Assembly (NCBI GenBank): GCA_019828565.1
Contig: JAHDYR010000062.1
Coordinates: 136,801 to 200,800, forward strand
Direction of reading: 5' to 3'
DNA from: Carpediemonas membranifera BICM
Lineage: Eukaryota > Protista > Fornicata
DNA: 64,000 nucleotides
In this document: positions 33,178 through 45,641 of the stretch, one piece after another
How the letters are laid out: every line of letters begins with the position of its first letter
How positions within the stretch are numbered: the first letter of the stretch is position 1
The notes under the pieces: model-generated
What the model saw: only the letters and a program-made list of their open reading frames with translations
What the model was told of the DNA's origin: nothing
The model's database searches: none
Position numbers and translations under genes: made by a program

Positions 33178-36100
33178 TTACCATGTCCTTACTCCTCCTC
33201 CGTGGACTCCCCCACTGCCGCTGCAGCTGTCCTCGGCCTGACTCACTTGCTGTCCTTGTAGACTCTGCATTACCGTGATGAACTGGGTCATCAGGTCCAT
33301 GGGTGAGATCTGCTTGGCCTTCTTAGCCTTCTTGTGCTTGTGCCGGGGGATCGTGGGCTTCTCCTTGCTGGGCTTAGTCGCGACGCCGGAGAGCACCAAC
33401 CTTCCGTGGCCTTGCTCTTGCATGAGTCGGGCAGCCTTGAGCGCTGAGATCTCTTGTTGCGCCTCTGCCAACTGCTTTCGGAGCCGCAGCTTCTCCGAGT
33501 CCATGCCGGTTGCCTGTCTGCTTCCAGACTCCCAGTCCATGTCCTCTTCGTGCCTGCTTCTCTTTCCGCTGTCCGAGTCCATGATCCTACTCGTGCTGCC
33601 CTCCTTGCGCTTGAGCGTCGTGGAGGAAGAGTGATCCTTGCTGTTGTCCATGCCTCCCTCTGAGCCTCTACCGGCCCAGGTGTTCCCGCTGAACGAGCCT
33701 CTCATCTGCGTTCCCGTGTTGTCCTGTCTCTCCCTGTCGTCTCCTCCGTGGTTACGATCCGAGGTCCTGTTCATGTTACCAGCTCTGTCGCCGGTTCTGT
33801 CGTCAGCTCTGACACCAGCTCTACCGCCGGCTCCGTGTCCTACCCTTCTGTCCTCTTCCCTGTCTCCATGCTGGTCGTGATGTCCTTGATCCGCGTCCTG
33901 GCCGAAGTGCCTGCCCACCATCCTGGTGCTAATCCGCCTCGCCTTTTTCCTCCAGGCCGTTGTCGAAGAACCTACTTTGGTATGGCTGTTCGGACTTTCC
34001 GTCGATGGTGGGGACATACGTGATGCCTGGGACATTGACTGTGTTGGCTCTGGGCTCGTCCGGGATAGCTGCCGAGACTAGTCTGGCCCCTTCCTTGCGC
34101 ATGCGGCTTAGGATGGTCCCAGCCTCGCTGACCCTGACCATGCCCCCAGTCTCTCGGGATGAAGCTCGCCCCCTAGGGTGATCCTACCCCTGTTCCTGGG
34201 GGGCCTTGACGTTGACTATGACCTTCTCATAGTCCCTGAGGCTCTCTGCTAGGGTCGTCGCAGCCCCAGACTCCTTGATGAGCCGTAGCCTCCTTCGAGG
34301 GGCCACCACTCGTATAGCATGGCCATGGTTATGATGTCCTCCTCCCTTGCTGCCCCTAGGCCCTTCCTGACGCGTACCATGCGGAGCTGGTTAGCCGTGG
34401 CTCTTTCCATGATGGTCCATAGCGGGCTTCTCTCCAGTACACCTTCGTTGTCCATGATTGTGAGGGGGGCCAGTAAGATGCCCTTCATGCCCAACAGAAC
34501 CTCCCCGAACCCGAAGCCGATGCCGAAGCGGTGTCCGTTGTCCGGGACTACGAGGATCCTGTCGCCGACTTCCCTGCTGACGTCCCTTGCGTCCCCGATC
34601 GGGTACGTGCCGAAGATCTCAAAGGTGTCCCTCCTTGTCGCGAATTCCGGGCCTCCCATGATATCCATGCCCGGCTCCGCCTTCCCGACTGCTTCCATGG
34701 TCTTGTCGAGTGCCTTACCCATGTAGTGGTAGACGTCTGGGGTGCTCATCCTCTCCTTGCATAGGGCCCTGATCCTGGCTGTGAAGACTACTGTATCCGC
34801 CAACCCACAGTGGTAGCAACCCGCGGTGTGTCTGTGGTACGGACAGACTCCCTTGGGCTCGCTCCTGTTCTGCCATCCATTTGACCATGTTGTTACTGCT
34901 TCCAGGTAGTTGGCCTTGTCGAGGTTGTCCCTGAGGTTTTGGCCAGCCTCCTCCTTGCCGTTGTTCTCCAGGATCTCTGGTAGCTTCTTCTCGTCCACCA
35001 GCCTAGCTTGGAAGAATTCCCTGGTTCCTTGCTCCAGTCCATTTGTGGGGTTCGTGAGGAGGAAGCTTTCCATCTCCACCCCCTTTGCATACATGATTAT
35101 CTTCCAACCCTCCGACCTTTCGATCCTTGCCAGCTGAGCCGCCAGGCGGTTGGCCCCAGTCCCTGAAAGTATGTATGTGCTTCTCATACTCGATCGGCGG
35201 CCGCCCCGTCCCGACCTCCACGAAGGTGGCCGGCGGCAGCCCCGTCACTGCCCATGCCGTGTACCTCGCTTGGTCCATGCTTGCTGCCGGTATGTCCTGG
35301 TAATACAGGCCATGCCCGTGTCCAAGAATGTCCCCAGTGCTGAGGTCAAAGAGTACGATCCCGCCCTCAACCGGGATGGCAGGGGATCCCTGCCTTCTTG
35401 ACGCCAGGGTCTGCGCACTCGAAGTCGATGGCTCCGATCACCAGTCGTTTCTCCTTGTCCTTTCTAGGCATCCTCGGCGGCTGGCTGCTGACCTTGTTTG
35501 AGTCGACCTCCTCGTCCTGGTCGATCTTGCCTTGGTTGGCCCCGACCATGTCCTTGTTCACTTCCAGGAGGCTGTCGTCGAGGCTTCTTCTGCCGGGCAT
35601 GGTGGCCTGCTGGCGTCGTTCCTCCTTGTCCTTGACATGTTGCTCCTCGTCTCCGTCGATGACCGTGCTAGCGGACGACCTGTCCAGATCGGCATGTTCG
35701 TCCCTATTGCTGCGGACCGAGGTGGCCTTGAGCACTTCCAGCCTCACCTTCCGGAACGGCGGCTCGTTGCTAAGGGGGTCTCCTCCCCCTTCGCCCAGGA
35801 TATTGGTTCTGCCCTTCAGGTAGATCCCTGACTTGTTCCATGCTGCCTGCCATATGGCCGGGGCCTCCGGTGCCTGAAGCCTGAGGATGTCCCTAGCCTC
35901 CTCCATGAAGCGGCTGATGGACCATGCTGACGTGTCGCTTAGCTCTAGGATGACCCTGTACTTGCCGTCCTCTTGCTCGTAGGCCACTCTGGTGACCGGG
36001 CCTTGGTTTGCCGGATCCCATACCTTGTCGTAAGGCACGCCTTCTACGGCCTCGTCTCCATGAGCCCCTGATACCAGTATGAACGACCCTTCGGCCTTCT

Positions 36101-37175
36101 TGACGCTGTCCCTGTCTACATCCCATTCGATGGGCCCATCTTCCTTCGGCCGAGGATCGCCGTCTCGATGTCCTTCTCAGATGGCCATCTTGCCATGCCA
36201 GTGAAGCCCGCTTTCAGCGTCTTGGGCTCCAGTGCCTGTGCCATGTCCTTTGCTTCCTCGTCTCTGGGGTTGAGCGCCTCTGTGAGCATGTAGAAAAGGT
36301 CGCGGAGGCCGTGGATGCCGCATGGGTTCCTGAGGATGATGTCCTTGTTGTCAGTGACGCCGGTTGCGAAGAGGATGCGTCTGGCGTTCATGATTACTTC
36401 CTTGCGTCCTTTGGAGTTCGCATTGAGCGACTTTTCCTGTAAACTTGCCTGTTCTACGAAGAAGTAGAGTCCTTGAATCGTTCCTTTCAGCGAGGAAGCT
36501 GTCCAGTAGTTCCCTGATGTCCTCCCACTGCTTCTGCGTGGAATCCCTGATCCTTGTCGGTATTTCTACCTGCATTGTTGAGTGCAAAATTTCTCCCCTT
36601 TCCTAGTCCATAAACTGGGTCGGAATTTTTGGGTCCGAAAGTCGGGCCACATGTACATATCCGGGTGAGGTCTCCGTCCAGGCCTTCCAGTTTCTCCCAT
36701 TGTCCATGCTCCGTACTATATAGGCCATTCTTTCAAAAAGGCGCGGTCCTAAAAATGCGTCGCCCTTTTTCTGAGTAGCGGGGCCTTTCTGTGTAGTTGT
36801 TGTTGCTTTGTTCGTAGTCTCCTTTTTAGCCTCTATCGACGGCCCCTGTTTCCCTTTTTGTGCTGCCCTTCCTTCCTTGTGGTCTTGACAAAACCATGTA
36901 GCCGCCGGTGCTAGCACTGGCCCTCGACGGTTGTTTTCCTTTTCCTTGTAAACATACGTTCCATGAAGACACTTTGATTCCTTGGTATGGGCGTGGAGCT
37001 CCCACTCGCGCCCAGCGGTATGCCCTGATAGCAACCCTTGAATGTTCAGACAGGAGGCCAAGGCCGCTCCTTCTGAGCTCCATGGGGCACTGCCCTATCC
37101 ATATAGGCCAGGCCTGTTGGTCCTTGTCCATCCATGATCGAAGTGTTTCCACTTTGCTGAAATCATTGGTGAACT
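33178..37175 (-). CDS. LINE ORF1 (copy 1): unusually large (~1300 codons), fragmented by indels, no recognised family
   Basis: Successive minus-strand ORF fragments (36603-37061, 36351-36587, 36116-36391, 35367-36038, 34249-35187, 33929-34141, 33178-34035) tile the region; Cys/His cluster CPYHRHTAGCYHC; C-terminal coiled coil SEKLRLRKQLAEAQQEISALKAARL. Confidence 0.7.
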
Positions 37176-40100
37176 GACCCCCAAATGGCGAGTCGGACGC
37201 GAACGGGCAGCGCGCTCCTGGAATCAGCAGAGCGATACTCACTCCACGTATTCCGGTAGCGCGCGGTCCGGCGCCCTCCGCCCGCCTCGATGCTCGGCCG
37301 ACCCAACTCGACCCTCGTCTGGATGCGACAGAGCAGGCGATTCCGGCCGAGCTCTGGATCTGAATAGTAGACATACATGGTGCGTTTACTGACAGTGCGC
37401 TGCGTGCGTGCAGCGTGAGTGTGGGGTGTTCATTCAGAGTCGAGATGTGACTCGACCCCCAAATGGCGAGTCGGACGCGAACGGGCAGCGCGCTCCTGGA
37501 ATCAGCAGAGCGATACTCACTCCACGTATTCCGGTAGCGCGCGGTCCGGCGCCCTCCGCCCGCCTCGATGCTCGGCCGACCCAACTCGACCCTCGTCTGG
37601 ATGCGACAGAGCAGGCGACTCCAGCCGAGCTCTGGAGATGAATAGTAGATGCATATGGTGCGTTTTACTGACAGTGCGCTGCGTGCGTGCAGCGTGAGTG
37701 TGGGGTGTTCATTCAGAGTCGAGATGTGACTCGACTCCCCAAAAACGATGAGTCGGACGCGAACGGGCAGCGCGCTCCTGGAATCAGCAGAGCGATACTC
37801 ACTCCACGTAGTCCGGTAGCGCGCGGTCCGGCGCCCTCCGCCCGCCTCGATGCTCGGCCGACCCAACTCGACCCTCGTCTGGATGCGACAGAGCAGGCGA
37901 TTCCGGCCGAGCTCTGGATCTGAATAGTAGATGCATATGGTGCGTTTACTGACAGTGCGCTGCGTGCGTGCAGCGTGAGTGTGGGGTGTTCATTCAGAGT
38001 CGAGATGTGACTCGACTCCCCAAAAGCGATGAGTCGGACGCGAACGGGCAGCGCGCTCCTGGAATCAGCAGAGCGATACTCACTCCACGTAGTCCGGTAG
38101 CGCGCGGTCCGGCGCCCTCCGCCCGCCTCGATGCTCGGCCGACCCAACTCGACCCTCGTCTGGATGCGACAGAGCAGGCGACTCCGGCCGAGCTCTGGAT
38201 CTGAATAGTAGATGCATATGGTGCGTTTACTGACAGTGCGCTGCGTGCGTGCAGCGTGAGTGTGGGGTGTTCATTCAGAGTCGAGATGTGACTCGACCCC
38301 CAAAAACGATGAGTCGGACGCGAACGGGCAGCGCGCTCCTGGAATCAGCAGAGCGATACTCACTCCACGTATTCCGGTAGCGCGCGGTCCGGCGCCCTCC
38401 GCCCGCCTCGATGCTCGGCCGACCCAACTCGACCCTCGTCTGGATGCGACAGAGCAGGCGATTCCGGCCGAGCTCTGGATCTGAATAGTAGATGCATATG
38501 GTGCGTTTACTGACAGTGCGCTGCGTGCGTGCAGCGTGAGTGTGGGGTGTTCATTCAGAGTCGAGATGTGACTCGACTCCCCAAATGGCGAGTCGGACGC
38601 GAACGGGCAGCGCGCTCCTGGAATCAGCAGAGCGATACTCACTCCACGTAGTCCGGTAGCGCGCGGTCCGGCGCCCTCCGCCCGCCTCGATGCTCGGCCG
38701 ACCCAACTCGACCCTCGTCTGGATGCGACAGAGCAGGCGATTCCGGCCGAGCTCTGGATCTGAATAGTAGATGCATATGGTGCGTTTACTGACAGTGCGC
38801 TGCGTGCGTGCAGCGTGAGTGTGGGGTGTTCATTCCAGAGTCGAGATGTGACTCGACTCCCAAATGGCGAGTCGGACGCGAACGGGCAGCGCGCTCCTGG
38901 AATCAGCAGAGCGATACTCACTCCACGTATTCCGGTAGCGCGCGGTCCGGCGCCCTCCGCCCGCCTCGATGCTCGGCCGACCCAACTCGACCCTCGTCTG
39001 GATGCGACAGAGCAGGCGACTCCAGCCGAGCTCTGGAGATGAATAGTAGATGCATATGGTGCGTTTACTGACAGTGCGCTGCGTGCGTGCAGCGTGAGTG
39101 TGGGGTGTTCATTCAGAGTCGAGATGTGACTCGACTCCCCAAAACGATGAGTCGGACGCGAACGGGCAGCGCGCTCCTGGAATCAGCAGAGCGATACTCA
39201 CTCCACGTAGTCCGGTAGCGCGCGGTCCGGCGCCCTCCGCCCGCCTCGATGCTCGGCCGACCCAACTCGACCCTCGTCTGGATGCGACAGAGCAGGCGAT
39301 TCCGGCCGAGCTCTGGATCTGAATAGTAGATGCATATGGTGCGTTTACTGACAGTGCGCTGCGTGCGTGCAGCGTGAGTGTGGGGTGTTCATTCAGAGTC
39401 GAGATGTGACTCGACTCCCAAAACGATGAGTCGGACGCGAACGGGCAGCGCGCTCCTGGAATCAGCAGAGCGATACTCACTCCACGTATTCCGGTAGCGC
39501 GCGGTCCGGCGCCCTCCGCCCGCCTCGATGCTCGGCCGACCCAACTCGACCCTCGTCTGGATGCGACAGAGCAGGCGACTCCAGCCGAGCTCTGGAGATG
39601 AATAGTAGATGCATATGGTGCGTTTACTGACAGTGCGCTGCGTGCGTGCAGCGTGAGTGTGGGGTGTTCATTCAGAGTCGAGATGTGACTCGACTCCCAA
39701 AACGATGAGTCGGACGCGAACGGGCAGCGCGCTCCTGGAATCAGCAGAGCGATACTCACTCCACGTAGTCCGGTAGCGCGCGGTCCGGCGCCCTCCGCCC
39801 GCCTCGATGCTCGGCCGACCCAACTCGACCCTCGTCTGGATGCGACAGAGCAGGCGATTCCGGCCGAGCTCTGGATCTGAATAGTAGATGCATATGGTGC
39901 GTTTTACTGACAGTGCGCTGCGTGCGTGCAGCGTGAGTGTGGGGGTGTTCATTCAGAGTCGAGATGTGACTCGACCCCCAAAACGCTGAGTCGGACGCGA
40001 ACGGGCAGCGCGCTCCTGGAATCAGCAGAGCGATACTCACTCCACGTATTCCGGTAGCGCGCGGTCCAGCGCCCTCCGCCCGCCTCGATGCTCGGCCGAC

Positions 40101-43100
40101 CCAACTCGACCCTCGTCTGGATGCGACAGAGCAGGCGATTCCGGCCGAGCTCTGGATCTGAATAGTAGATGCATATGGTGCGTTTACTGACAGTGCGCTG
40201 CGTGCGTGCAGCGTGAGTGTGGGGTGTTCATTCAGAGTCGAGATGTGACTCGACTCCCCAAATGGCGAGTCGGACGCGAACGGGCAGCGCGCTCCTGGAA
40301 TCAGCAGAGCGATACTCACTCCACGTATTCCGGTAGCGCGCGGTCCGGCGCCCTCCGCCCGCCTCGATGCTCGGCCGACCCAACTCGACCCTCGTCTGGA
40401 TGCGACAGAGCAGGCGATTCCGGCCGAGCTCTGGATCTGAATAGTAGATGCATATGGTGCGTTTACTGACAGTGCGCTGCGTGCGTGCAGCGTGAGTGTG
40501 GGGTGTTCATTCAGAGTCGAGATGTGACTCGACTCCCAAAACGATGAGTCGGACGCGAACGGGCAGCGCGCTCCTGGAATCAGCAGAGCGATACTCACTC
40601 CACGTAGTCCGGTAGCGCGCGGTCCGGCGCCCTCCGCCCGCCTCGATGCTCGGCCGACCCAACTCGACCCTCGTCTGGATGCGACAGAGCAGGCGACTCC
40701 AGCCGAGCTCTGGATCTGAATAGTAGATGCATATGGTGCGTTTACTGACAGTGCGCTGCGTGCGTGCAGCGTGAGTGTGGGGTGTTCATTCAGAGTCGAG
40801 ATGTGACTCGACTCCCCAAAACGATGAGTCGGACGCGAACGGGCAGCGCGCTCCTGGAATCAGCAGAGCGATACTCACTCCACGTAGTCCGGTAGCGCGC
40901 GGTCCGGCGCCCTCCGCCCGCCTCGATGCTCGGCCGACCCAACTCGACCCTCGTCTGGATGCGACAGAGCAGGCGACTCCAGCCGAGCTCTGGATCTGAA
41001 TAGTAGATGCATATGGTGCGTTTACTGACAGTGCGCTGCGTGCGTGCAGCGTGAGTGTGGGGTGTTCATTCAGAGTCGAGATGTGACTCGACTCCCCAAA
41101 ACAGTCGAGTCCGGACGCGAACGGGCAGCGCGCTCCTGGAATCAGCAGAGCGATACCTCACTCCACGTATTCCGGTAGCGCGCGGTCCGGCGCCCTCCGC
41201 CCGCCTCGATGCTCGGCCGACCCAACTCGACCCTCGTCTGGATGCGACAGAGCAGGCGATTCCGGCCGAGCTCTGGATCTGAATAGTAGATGCATATGGT
41301 GCGTTTACTGACAGTGCGCTGCGTGCGTGCAGCGTGAGTGTGGGGTGTTCATTCAGAGTCGAGATGTGACTCGACTCCCAAATGCCGAGTCGGACGCGAA
41401 CGGGCAGCGCGCTCCTGGAATCAGCAGAGCGATACTCACTCCACGTATTCCGGTAGCGCGCGGTCCGGCGCCCTCCGCCCGCCTCGATGCTCGGCCGACC
41501 CAACTCGACCCTCGTCTGGATGCGACAGAGCAGGCGACTCCGGCCGAGCTCTGGATCTGAATAGTAGATGCATATGGTGCGTTTACTGACAGTGCGCTGC
41601 GTGCGTGCAGCGTGAGTGTGGGGGTGTTCATTCAGAGTCGAGATGTGACTCGACTCCCCAAAACGATGAGTCGGACGCGAACGGGCAGCGCGCTCCTGGA
41701 ATCAGCAGAGCGATACTCACTCCACGTAGTCCGGTAGCGCGCGGTCCGGCGCCCTCCGCCCGCCTCGATGCTCGGCCGACCCAACTCGACCCTCGTCTGG
41801 ATGCGACAGAGCAGGCGATTCCGGCCGAGCTCTGGATCTGAATAGTAGATGCATATGGTGCGTTTACTGACAGTGCGCTGCGTGCGTGCAGCGTGAGTGT
41901 GGGGTGTTCATTCAGAGTCGAGATGTGACTCGACCCCCAAAATGGCGAGTCGGACGCGAACGGGCAGCGCGCTCCTGGAATCAGCAGAGCGATACTCACT
42001 CCACGTATTCCGGTAGCGCGCGGTCCGGCGCCCTCCGCCCGCCTCGATGCTCGGCCGACCCAACTCGACCCTCGTCTGGATGCGACAGAGCAGGCGACTC
42101 CGGCCGAGCTCTGGATCTGAATAGTAGACATGCATAGGTGCGTTTACTGACAGTGCGCTGCGTGCGTGCAGCGTGAGTGTGGGGTGTTCATTCAGAGTCG
42201 AGATGTGACTCGACCCCCAAATGGCGAGTCGGACGCGAACGGGCAGCGCGCTCCTGGAATCAGCAGAGCGATACTCACTCCACGTATTCCGGTAGCGCGC
42301 GGTCCGGCGCCCTCCGCCCGCCTCGATGCTCGGCCGACCCAACTCGACCCTCGTCTGGATGCGACAGAGCAGGCGATTCCAGCCAGCTCTGGAGATGAAT
42401 AGTAGATGCATCATGGTGCGTTTACTGACAGTGCGCTGCGTGCGTGCAGCGTGAGTGTGAGGTGTTCGTTCAGAGTCGAGATGTGACTCGACTCCCCAAA
42501 ACGCGATGAGTCGGACGCGAACGGGCAGCGCGCTCCTGGAATCAGCAGAGCGATACTCACTCCACGTAGTCCGGTAGCGCGCGGTCCGGCGCCCTCCGCC
42601 CGCCTCGATGCTCGGCCGACCCAACTCGACCCTCGTCTGGATGCGACAGAGCAGGCGATTCCGGCCGAGCTCTGGATCTGAATAGTAGATGCATATGGTG
42701 CGTTTACTGACAGTGCGCTGCGTGCGTGCAGCGTGAGTGTGGGGTGTTCATTCAGAGTCGAGATGTGAGCTCGACCCCCCAAATGGCGAGTCGGACGCGA
42801 ACGGGCAGCGCGCTCCTGGAATCAGCAGAGCGATACTCACTCCACGTATTCCGGTAGCGCGCGGTCCGGCGCCCTCCGCCCGCCTCGATGCTCGGCCGAC
42901 CCAACTCGACCCTCGTCTGGATGCGACAGAGCAGGCGACTCCGGCCGAGCTCTGGATCTGAATAGTAGACATACATGGTGCGTTTACTGACAGTGCGCTG
43001 CGTGCGTGCAGCGTGAGTGTGGGGTGTTCATTCAGAGTCGAGATGTGACTCGACCCCCAAATGGCGAGTCGGACGCGAACGGGCAGCGCGCTCCTGGAAT

Positions 43101-44734
43101 CAGCAGAGCGATACTCACTCCACGTATTCCGGTAGCGCGCGGTCCGGCGCCCTCCGCCCGCCTCGATGCTCGGCCGACCCAACTCGACCCTCGTCTGGAT
43201 GCGACAGAGCAGGCGATTCCGGCCGAGCTCTGGATCTGAATAGTAGACATACATGGTGCGTTTACTGACAGTGCGCTGCGTGCGTGCAGCGTGAGTGTGG
43301 GGTGTTCATTCAGAGTCGAGATGTGACTCAACCCCCAAATGGCGAGTCGGACGCGAACGGGCAGCGCGCTCCTGGAATCAGCAGAGCGATACTCACTCCA
43401 CGTATTCCGGTAGCGCGCGGTCCGGCGCCCTCCGCCCGCCTCGATGCTCGGCCGACCCAACTCGACCCTCGTCTGGATGCGACAGAGCAGGCGATTCCGG
43501 CCGAGCTCTGGATCTGAATAGTAGACATACATGGTGCGTTTACTGACAGTGCGCTGCGTGCGTGCAGCGTGAGTGTGGGGTGTTCATTCAGAGTCGAGAT
43601 GTGACTCAACCCCCAAATGGCGAGTCGGACGCGAACGGGCAGCGCGCTCCTGGAATCAGCAGAGCGATACTCACTCCACGTATTCCGGTAGCGCGCGGTC
43701 CGGCGCCCTCCGCCCGCCTCGATGCTCGGCCGACCCAACTCGACCCTCGTCTGGATGCGACAGAGCAGGCGACTCCGGCCGAGCTCTGGATCTGAATAGT
43801 AGACATACATGGTGCGTTTTACTGACAGTGCGCTGCGTGCGTGCAGCGTGAGTGTGGGGTGTTCATTCAGAGTCGAGATGTGACTCGACCCCCAAATGGC
43901 GAGTCGGACGCGAACGGGCAGCGCGCTCCTGGAATCAGCAGAGCGATACTCACTCCACGTATTCCGGTAGCGCGCGGTCCGGCGCCCTCCGCCCGCCTCG
44001 ATGCTCGGCCGACCCAACTCGACCCTCGTCTGGATGCGACAGAGCAGGCGATTCCGGCCGAGCTCTGGATCTGAATAGTAGACATACATGGTGCGTTTAC
44101 TGACAGTGCGCTGCGTGCGTGCAGCGTGAGTGTGGGGTGTTCATTCAGAGTCGAGATGTGACTCAACCCCCAAATGGCGAGTCGGACGCGAACGGGCAGC
44201 GCGCTCCTGGAATCAGCAGAGCGATACTCACTCCACGTATTCCGGTAGCGCGCGGTCCGGCGCCCTCCGCCCGCCTCGATGCTCGGCCGACCCAACTCGA
44301 CCCTCGTCTGGATGCGACAGAGCAGGCGATTCCGGCCGAGCTCTGGATCTGAATAGTAGACATACATGGTGCGTTTACTGACAGTGCGCTGCGTGCGTGC
44401 AGCGTGAGTGTGGGGTGTTCATTCAGAGTCGAGATGTGACTCAACCCCCAAATGGCGAGTCGGACGCGAACGGGCAGCGCGCTCCTGGAATCAGCAGAGC
44501 GATACTCACTCCACGTATTCCGGTAGCGCGCGGTCCGGCGCCCTCCGCCCGCCTCGATGCTCGGCCGACCCAACTCGACCCTCGTCTGGATGCGACAGAG
44601 CAGGCGACTCCGGCCGAGCTCTGGATCTGAATAGTAGACATACATGGTGCGTTTACTGACAGTGCGCTGCGTGCGTGCAGCGTGAGTGTGGGGTGTTCAT
44701 TCAGAGTCGAGATGTGACTCGACCCCCAAATGGC
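37176..44734. repeat. Tandem satellite array 2, ~27 monomers
   Basis: Same monomer; 7559 bp between retrotransposon copies 1 and 2. Confidence 0.98.
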
Positions 44735-45641
44735 AAAGAAAGAAATTTATGGTGCTTGGATTCTGACCCCGGACTGAGCTTGTTTCCCGTTGTCTTGGAG
44801 CTGAGTGCCCCGGGGGTACTGCCTATTTCCCGTGGCAAACTGGTCAGCAGCGTTTGCCTTGGGCTTTCGGTGCTACTGTCTCCGCGGAAAGCCGATTCCA
44901 ATCGCCCCAGAGGCCCTGCGGCCATCTCCGTGCAAATATGCTTTCCTGTCTCCCTGAAAGTCCGGCAACTATCCGGGGAGCCTGGGGGTCTGTCCTCGGG
45001 GCATTGACAGGCAGGATCGTCCTGCAGAACCTTGACTATGACACTCCTTGCTTCCCTGCAGTCCTTGTAGAGCCGTTCAGCCACGGCACCCTCTCGTCTG
45101 TCCGGTTCCCCAATTCCATGCCCCCTCGACTCTGTTAAGAAGCCTACCCGAAGGCGGGGAAAGTGACTAAGTCCATGCTGTCTACCCCGGTTAGGTGGCG
45201 TGGGTCAGGGCATGGGTGGTGTACCCCCAGGCACTAGGCCTGGTTGTCCTGTTACCCCTTACAACATTTCGCTTGCACTACATGTCCTTGGTTTCCCATG
45301 TCGTTAACAAGGGGCGGCAGGGGCACCTGTGCCCTCCGACCCCGTGGCCAGTCCCTGCAGTTTCCTTGGGGTCCCAACGAGTGGTGCAACCATATGAATA
45401 TGGATTTCCTTGACCTTATCCTTGCTCTGTCCTTGTTGCATGTCCTTTCTTTCTTATTTCTGGTCTGTCCTTCCTGTTGTTTCCTTGCAGTCGTTCCTTC
45501 CCTTGCTTTGGTTCCTGGCTGCCGGGATGCGTGGGGCCTTTCCTCACTGATCCCAGGAGCTTAGCACCAACGAGGGTGGTCCATAGCTGATTCCTTGTCC
45601 ATCCCTTCCCGGTCCTGGAGTCAGGGGTTCATGACATGCTT

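Larger units (their letters stand above)
28497..37175 (-). mobile_element. Non-LTR retrotransposon (APE-type LINE), copy 1, ~8.68 kb
   Basis: Flanked by 14-bp TSD GACCCCCAAATGGC (28483-28496 and 37176-37189) derived from the satellite monomer; ORF1 plus APE-RT-CCHC ORF2; 3' end TTTCTTTCTTT on the minus strand. Confidence 0.95.

Noticed and set aside
29404-37175. LINE copies as decayed pseudogenes
   Set aside because: Most frameshifts lie in homopolymer runs and differ between near-identical copies, typical of long-read consensus error; the catalytic motifs are intact.
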